Both the position numbers and the translations under genes were made by a program. Shown in pieces: positions 59,913 through 64,000 of a stretch of DNA of 64,000 bases. The DNA comes from Candidatus Poribacteria bacterium (lineage in GTDB: Bacteria; Poribacteria; WGA-4E; WGA-3G), in assembly GCA_963663765.2 (NCBI GenBank), contig CAXXUA010000005.1:1440001-1504000 (forward strand), given 5' to 3'. A model generated the notes under the pieces. It saw only the letters and a program-made list of their open reading frames with translations. It made no database searches and had not been told where the DNA came from. The number at the start of each line of letters is the position of its first letter. Positions within the stretch are counted from its first letter, which is position 1.

Positions 59913-61892
59913 TTGAATTTATCTGAATATCTTGACTATCCCAATGAAGATTACCTTACTTATAATGAAGTCTCAGAAGTCTTGGGAGTTTCAACTGCGA
60001 CCGTTAGAAATTGGGTAAAACTTGGACACATTCAGCCTGCAGCCATTCAACAAAATAACAAATTTCTCAGATCCCATATAGAGGAGATAAGAAATAAAAT
60101 TGCTAAAGGTTCTCTGACAAAACTCAATCAACGTGCAAATAAAAGCAACTCAATCACCAAGAATATTCCAACGGAATATGCAGATAATCCTAAAGTATGC
60201 GAGTCTATTTTAACAATTACTGATATTTTCAATAGATATAACCTTAATAGAGATACAGTCCTATTTGTAACTGCTTTAAATTTACTAAGACAGGTTGACT
60301 TAATTAGAGAAACACAGAATCTATCCCTTAACGACATCAACTTTACAAATGATATAGTAAAATATGAAATAGAAACTTGGTCAAAACATATAAAAGATAG
60401 TGAACTGCCACATTATTACAATGAAGTTTTTGATATTAGTATCCCGTTAGAATGTGATTTCTTAGGTCTGCTGCATCAATCATTATTAAGTGAGGGAGAA
60501 AAAGCAAAAATCGGTTCGTATTACACTCCAAAATACATTGTTGATGAGGTAGTTAACCAAAACTTAAAATGTAACATCAACGTCCTTGATCCTTGCTGTG
60601 GGACTGGTCAATTTTTGCTTTTAGCTTCTAAAAAAATAGATAACCCATCTAATCTATGGGGTTTTGATATTGACAAAAATGCTGTTAGACTTGCAAAGAT
60701 AAATCTCTTGCTAAAGTTTCCACAACATAGATTTAATCCAAATATATATCATAAAAATACATTATTAGATGAAGGTAAAGACATTCCTCAATTTGACTTA
60801 GTGATAACTAATCCTCCCTGGGGTTCACATTTCTCTAAAGATGAGGAGTTATATCTAAAAAAGAAATACCCGAATGTCAAGTCAAACGAAGCATTTGCAT
60901 ATTTTCTTGAGGCAGGCATTGCATACTTGAAGGAGGAAGGCATACTTTCCTTTATCTTACCCGAGTCAATCCTAAACACAAAAATCCATAAAGATATTAG
61001 AGAAAAAATTCTAAAACAAACTACAATCAAAAGAATTAAACACCTCAAACGTCCGTTTGATGGCGTTTTTACAAATGCCATTCAATTGGATTTAGTGAAT
61101 AAAATAGCAGATGATAATTCTTTCATTGCAGAAAAAGACAATTCGTTATTTTATCCTAATCAAACACGATTAGTATCAAATCTTGATTTTATCTTAGATG
61201 TTTTTACAAAAGACAGTGATTACGAGTTAACAGATAAGATTTTTTCTGTCAAACATAATACGTTAAAGAACAATGCAATATGGGCACTGGGTATTGTTAC
61301 TGGTGATAATAAAAAACACTTACAAGAAAACAACGGTGACGGCTTAGAACCGATTCTAACCGGTAAGGACATTAAAAGATTTTGCACCAAAAAACCGAGT
61401 AAATTTATTAGATTTCTACCAGATAAGTTTCAACAGGTTGCACCGGAAAAAAAATATCGAGCAAAAGAAAAATTGTTGTATAAATTTATTTCTAAGCAAT
61501 TAGTCTTTGCCTATGACGATAAACAAACCCTCACTCTTAATAGCGCAAACGTTTTGATACCAACAATATCAAATTACCCAATAAAAACAATCTTAGCACT
61601 GTTCAATTCAACTTTGTATCAATTTATCTTTGAAAAAAAGTTTGGTGCAATAAAAGTACTGAAGAATCACATTGAACAATTACCTTTGCCCGATATCGAC
61701 ATACAGAAACATATTAGATTTGAGAAATTGGTGAACGGACTTCTAAAAAACGATCTTGTTATGGAAAAACGCAAAAGTCTATATAGGAAACTTGATGACG
61801 AAGTGATGAAATTATTTTCTTTAGATAAACAGGATAAGAACCATATATATAACGAAGTTAACGTATCAGATAAATTGTTAGAAGTAAAATAA
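59913..61892 (+). CDS. Amino (N6-adenine) DNA methyltransferase, gamma class, with N-terminal HTH
   Basis: LTYNEVSEVLGVSTATVRNW HTH; GSYYTP, LDPCCGTGQF, NPPW; TaqI-like C-terminal region; AT-rich. Confidence 0.9.
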   Translation: MNLSEYLDYPNEDYLTYNEVSEVLGVSTATVRNWVKLGHIQPAAIQQNNKFLRSHIEEIRNKIAKGSLTKLNQRANKSNSITKNIPTEYADNPKVCESILTITDIFNRYNLNRDTVLFVTALNLLRQVDLIRETQNLSLNDINFTNDIVKYEIETWSKHIKDSELPHYYNEVFDISIPLECDFLGLLHQSLLSEGEKAKIGSYYTPKYIVDEVVNQNLKCNINVLDPCCGTGQFLLLASKKIDNPSNLWGFDIDKNAVRLAKINLLLKFPQHRFNPNIYHKNTLLDEGKDIPQFDLVITNPPWGSHFSKDEELYLKKKYPNVKSNEAFAYFLEAGIAYLKEEGILSFILPESILNTKIHKDIREKILKQTTIKRIKHLKRPFDGVFTNAIQLDLVNKIADDNSFIAEKDNSLFYPNQTRLVSNLDFILDVFTKDSDYELTDKIFSVKHNTLKNNAIWALGIVTGDNKKHLQENNGDGLEPILTGKDIKRFCTKKPSKFIRFLPDKFQQVAPEKKYRAKEKLLYKFISKQLVFAYDDKQTLTLNSANVLIPTISNYPIKTILALFNSTLYQFIFEKKFGAIKVLKNHIEQLPLPDIDIQKHIRFEKLVNGLLKNDLVMEKRKSLYRKLDDEVMKLFSLDKQDKNHIYNEVNVSDKLLEVK

Positions 61893-61894
61893 AC

Positions 61895-62626
61895 ATGGAT
61901 GTCTTAAAACAGAAACTTAATAAACTGATAGAAGAACTCTCTGAAGATAAGAAAGAGGTAATAAAAAATAGGTTGTATGACCTGGTTTCGGTTTACCCAT
62001 TTAATGAGTATGAATATTTGATTTCATTGTTGATGGGTTTCAGAAAAATAACTCTTGATGATTACTACGAGATTAGAGATGAATACATATCACGAAATAT
62101 GTATTTATATCTTTTTGAGATTGCAGCACCAAGAGGTTTTGGAGAAAGATGGGCACAAGGACAACTCATGTCTCTTGAACCAGACTTTCTAAAACCTACA
62201 AAGAAACTTGATGAAGAATACAACGGTCAATACGACATTGCACTACCCTACAAAGATAGCCTTATAAAAATTGAAGTGAAAGCTTCCAGAGCAGTTGATG
62301 GAAAAAGCGATGAACCACTCTACGTAAAGGCTTTGTCTTACGAAAGTAACCGATCGTTTTGGATGAATTTTCAACAAATTAAGCCGGCATGTGCGGATAT
62401 ATTTATTTTAATTGCAGTATGGAGAGACGTCATTAAATATTGGGTTATTTCTTCTATTGAAGTAGAAAACAACAAATACTATTCTAAGGGACAGCACCGA
62501 GGAAATATCGGTGAGGGTCAATTACATATCAAAGATGACAACATACAAGAATTCGAACAATACCTATGCCGTCCGAATGAGTTAAGACAGACCGTTATTG
62601 ATGTTTATGAAAGACAAAATAGGTAA
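61895..62626 (+). CDS. Putative PD-(D/E)xK restriction endonuclease
   Basis: QYD..IKIEVKASR, NFQQIK; 2 nt downstream of the MTase. Confidence 0.7.
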   Translation: MDVLKQKLNKLIEELSEDKKEVIKNRLYDLVSVYPFNEYEYLISLLMGFRKITLDDYYEIRDEYISRNMYLYLFEIAAPRGFGERWAQGQLMSLEPDFLKPTKKLDEEYNGQYDIALPYKDSLIKIEVKASRAVDGKSDEPLYVKALSYESNRSFWMNFQQIKPACADIFILIAVWRDVIKYWVISSIEVENNKYYSKGQHRGNIGEGQLHIKDDNIQEFEQYLCRPNELRQTVIDVYERQNR

Positions 62627-62732
62627 ATTATGATCTCAAACCTTGTAGCATCTATATCAACAAAATTGCTTTATGGTGAAACATCATTGAAGTACACTCA
62701 CCCTATGCGGATAAAACCCAAGGTAATCTCCT

Positions 62733-63827
62733 ATGAAAAAAGTACTCGTCGCAATGAGCGGCGGTGTAGATAGTTCTGTCACTGCTGCAATGATGGTAGA
62801 TGCAGGATATGATGTCACAGGCATCACGATGCGCCTCGGATCTCCTGACACAATTGAGGTGGAACCTGAACGTCCCAATTGCTGTTCTCTTGAGGGTATT
62901 GAGGACGCACGACGGGTTGCTACCCAACTTGGTATCCCTTTCTACGGTGTGAATTATGAAGATATTTTCCAAGAACAGATTATTGACTACTTCGTTGCGG
63001 AATATCTCGTCGGTAGAACACCAAGCCCTTGTATGGTATGTAACCGAGAACTCAAATTTGGCAAACTCCTTGACCTTGCTAAATCTTTGGAGTGTGAAGC
63101 AATAGCTACTGGTCACTATGCCCGAATTGAGCAGCACCTCGAGACAGGACGGTATCTCTTACGCAAAGCACTTCATGTCAGTAAAGATCAGTCCTATTTC
63201 CTCGCCGGACTCACGCAGGAACAATTGCGATGTGCAATAATGCCCCTCGGTGAATACACGAAAGATCAGGCGCGTGACCTTGCACGAAAATATCAATTGA
63301 AAACTGCTGATAAGATTGAAAGCCAAGAACTGTGTTTTGTTGCGGATACCAATTATAGACGTTTCCTCCAGGATAGAATACCGGAAAAGATTGTTGATGG
63401 CGATATTATTGACAAGGAAGGTAAAGTTCTCGGCAAGCATCAAGGTGTGCCGTTTTATACCGTGGGACAACGGCGCGGTCTCGGTATTGCTGTTGGCAAA
63501 CCGCTATATGTAACGCAACTCAACGCAACCAATAACACCGTTACTGTAGGTGAACAGGACGATCTCCTTGAGGATACTATGCATGTTGAACGAATCAACC
63601 TTATCGCTATTGAGAAGTTGACAGAACCGATACGTGCACATGTTAAGATCCGTTCACGTGATGAGGGTGGTCCCGCGATAATCTCTCCCATCAGTGATAC
63701 AGAAGCAATTGTGAAGTTTGACGAACCGCGACGCGCAATTACACCCGGACAAGCAACCGTCTTTTATGATGGAGAATATGTCATTGGTGGTGGGTGGATT
63801 GTAAAGGCAGAAAACACATCGATCTAA
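62733..63827 (+). CDS. mnmA: tRNA 2-thiouridine(34) synthase
   Basis: AMSGGVDS, TPSPC..CN, ATGHY, KDQSYF, YTVGQRRG, TPGQ. Confidence 0.97.
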   Translation: MKKVLVAMSGGVDSSVTAAMMVDAGYDVTGITMRLGSPDTIEVEPERPNCCSLEGIEDARRVATQLGIPFYGVNYEDIFQEQIIDYFVAEYLVGRTPSPCMVCNRELKFGKLLDLAKSLECEAIATGHYARIEQHLETGRYLLRKALHVSKDQSYFLAGLTQEQLRCAIMPLGEYTKDQARDLARKYQLKTADKIESQELCFVADTNYRRFLQDRIPEKIVDGDIIDKEGKVLGKHQGVPFYTVGQRRGLGIAVGKPLYVTQLNATNNTVTVGEQDDLLEDTMHVERINLIAIEKLTEPIRAHVKIRSRDEGGPAIISPISDTEAIVKFDEPRRAITPGQATVFYDGEYVIGGGWIVKAENTSI

Positions 63828-63845
63828 ACAAGGAATACAACTCAG

Positions 63846-64000
63846 ATGCAAGAAAATATGCAGAAAATGCCTAACGCTATAAGCTTTATGAAAACATTCA
63901 GACCGTATATGTTAGTAGGGATAATCATTTATACCTTTTTGATATCTATCGTTACTTTCATTAGCATTTGTGTTAGCATGCCCGATTGGCAAATATCCAA
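63846..64000 (+). CDS. Partial ORF with hydrophobic N-terminus running off the window
   Basis: Open frame MQENMQK..LVGIIIYTFLISIVTFISICV to the window end. Confidence 0.4.
   Translation, partial: MQENMQKMPNAISFMKTFRPYMLVGIIIYTFLISIVTFISICVSMPDWQIS

Noticed and set aside
1-64000. tRNA/rRNA genes, a RAYT gene, and the many short antisense ORFs in the track
   Set aside because: No recognisable structural RNA or HUH transposase found by eye. Short ORFs overlapping well-supported genes lack motifs and are treated as spurious.

Overview
Bacterial chromosomal window of roughly 40% GC, most likely Ca. Poribacteria. That assignment is an inference from secreted LamG/NPCBM proteins ending in a VEPxxKLxTxWGxIK tail, an orphan EutN/CcmL gene and trypsin-TPR proteins. 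Housekeeping genes (trxA, waaA, lpxK, lpxB, argC, argF, an Rrf2-cysK-cysH-sulfur carrier cluster, ndk, acnA, dnaE, mnmA) alternate with accessory genes. These include a C25 gingipain/PorU-like protein, HEAT lipoproteins, a degenerate primase-helicase-like protein, decayed metalloprotease-FN3 cassettes, an R-M pair, toxin-antitoxin genes, a DRT4-like reverse transcriptase remnant, an IS630 and IS4/IS701-like elements. The most striking signal is intergenic and has three tiers. First, several MITE families with their own terminal inverted repeats (TIRs) and 5-6 or 9 bp target-site duplications (TSDs). Second, GTAG-type REP palindromes carried inside them, amplified at one locus into about 25 direct tandem copies. 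Third, a ~36 bp hairpin-plus-octamer micro-insert found only inside REPs, three times at the same base. No tRNA, rRNA or CRISPR-Cas locus was recognised. All family assignments come from motif recognition by eye, not database searches.
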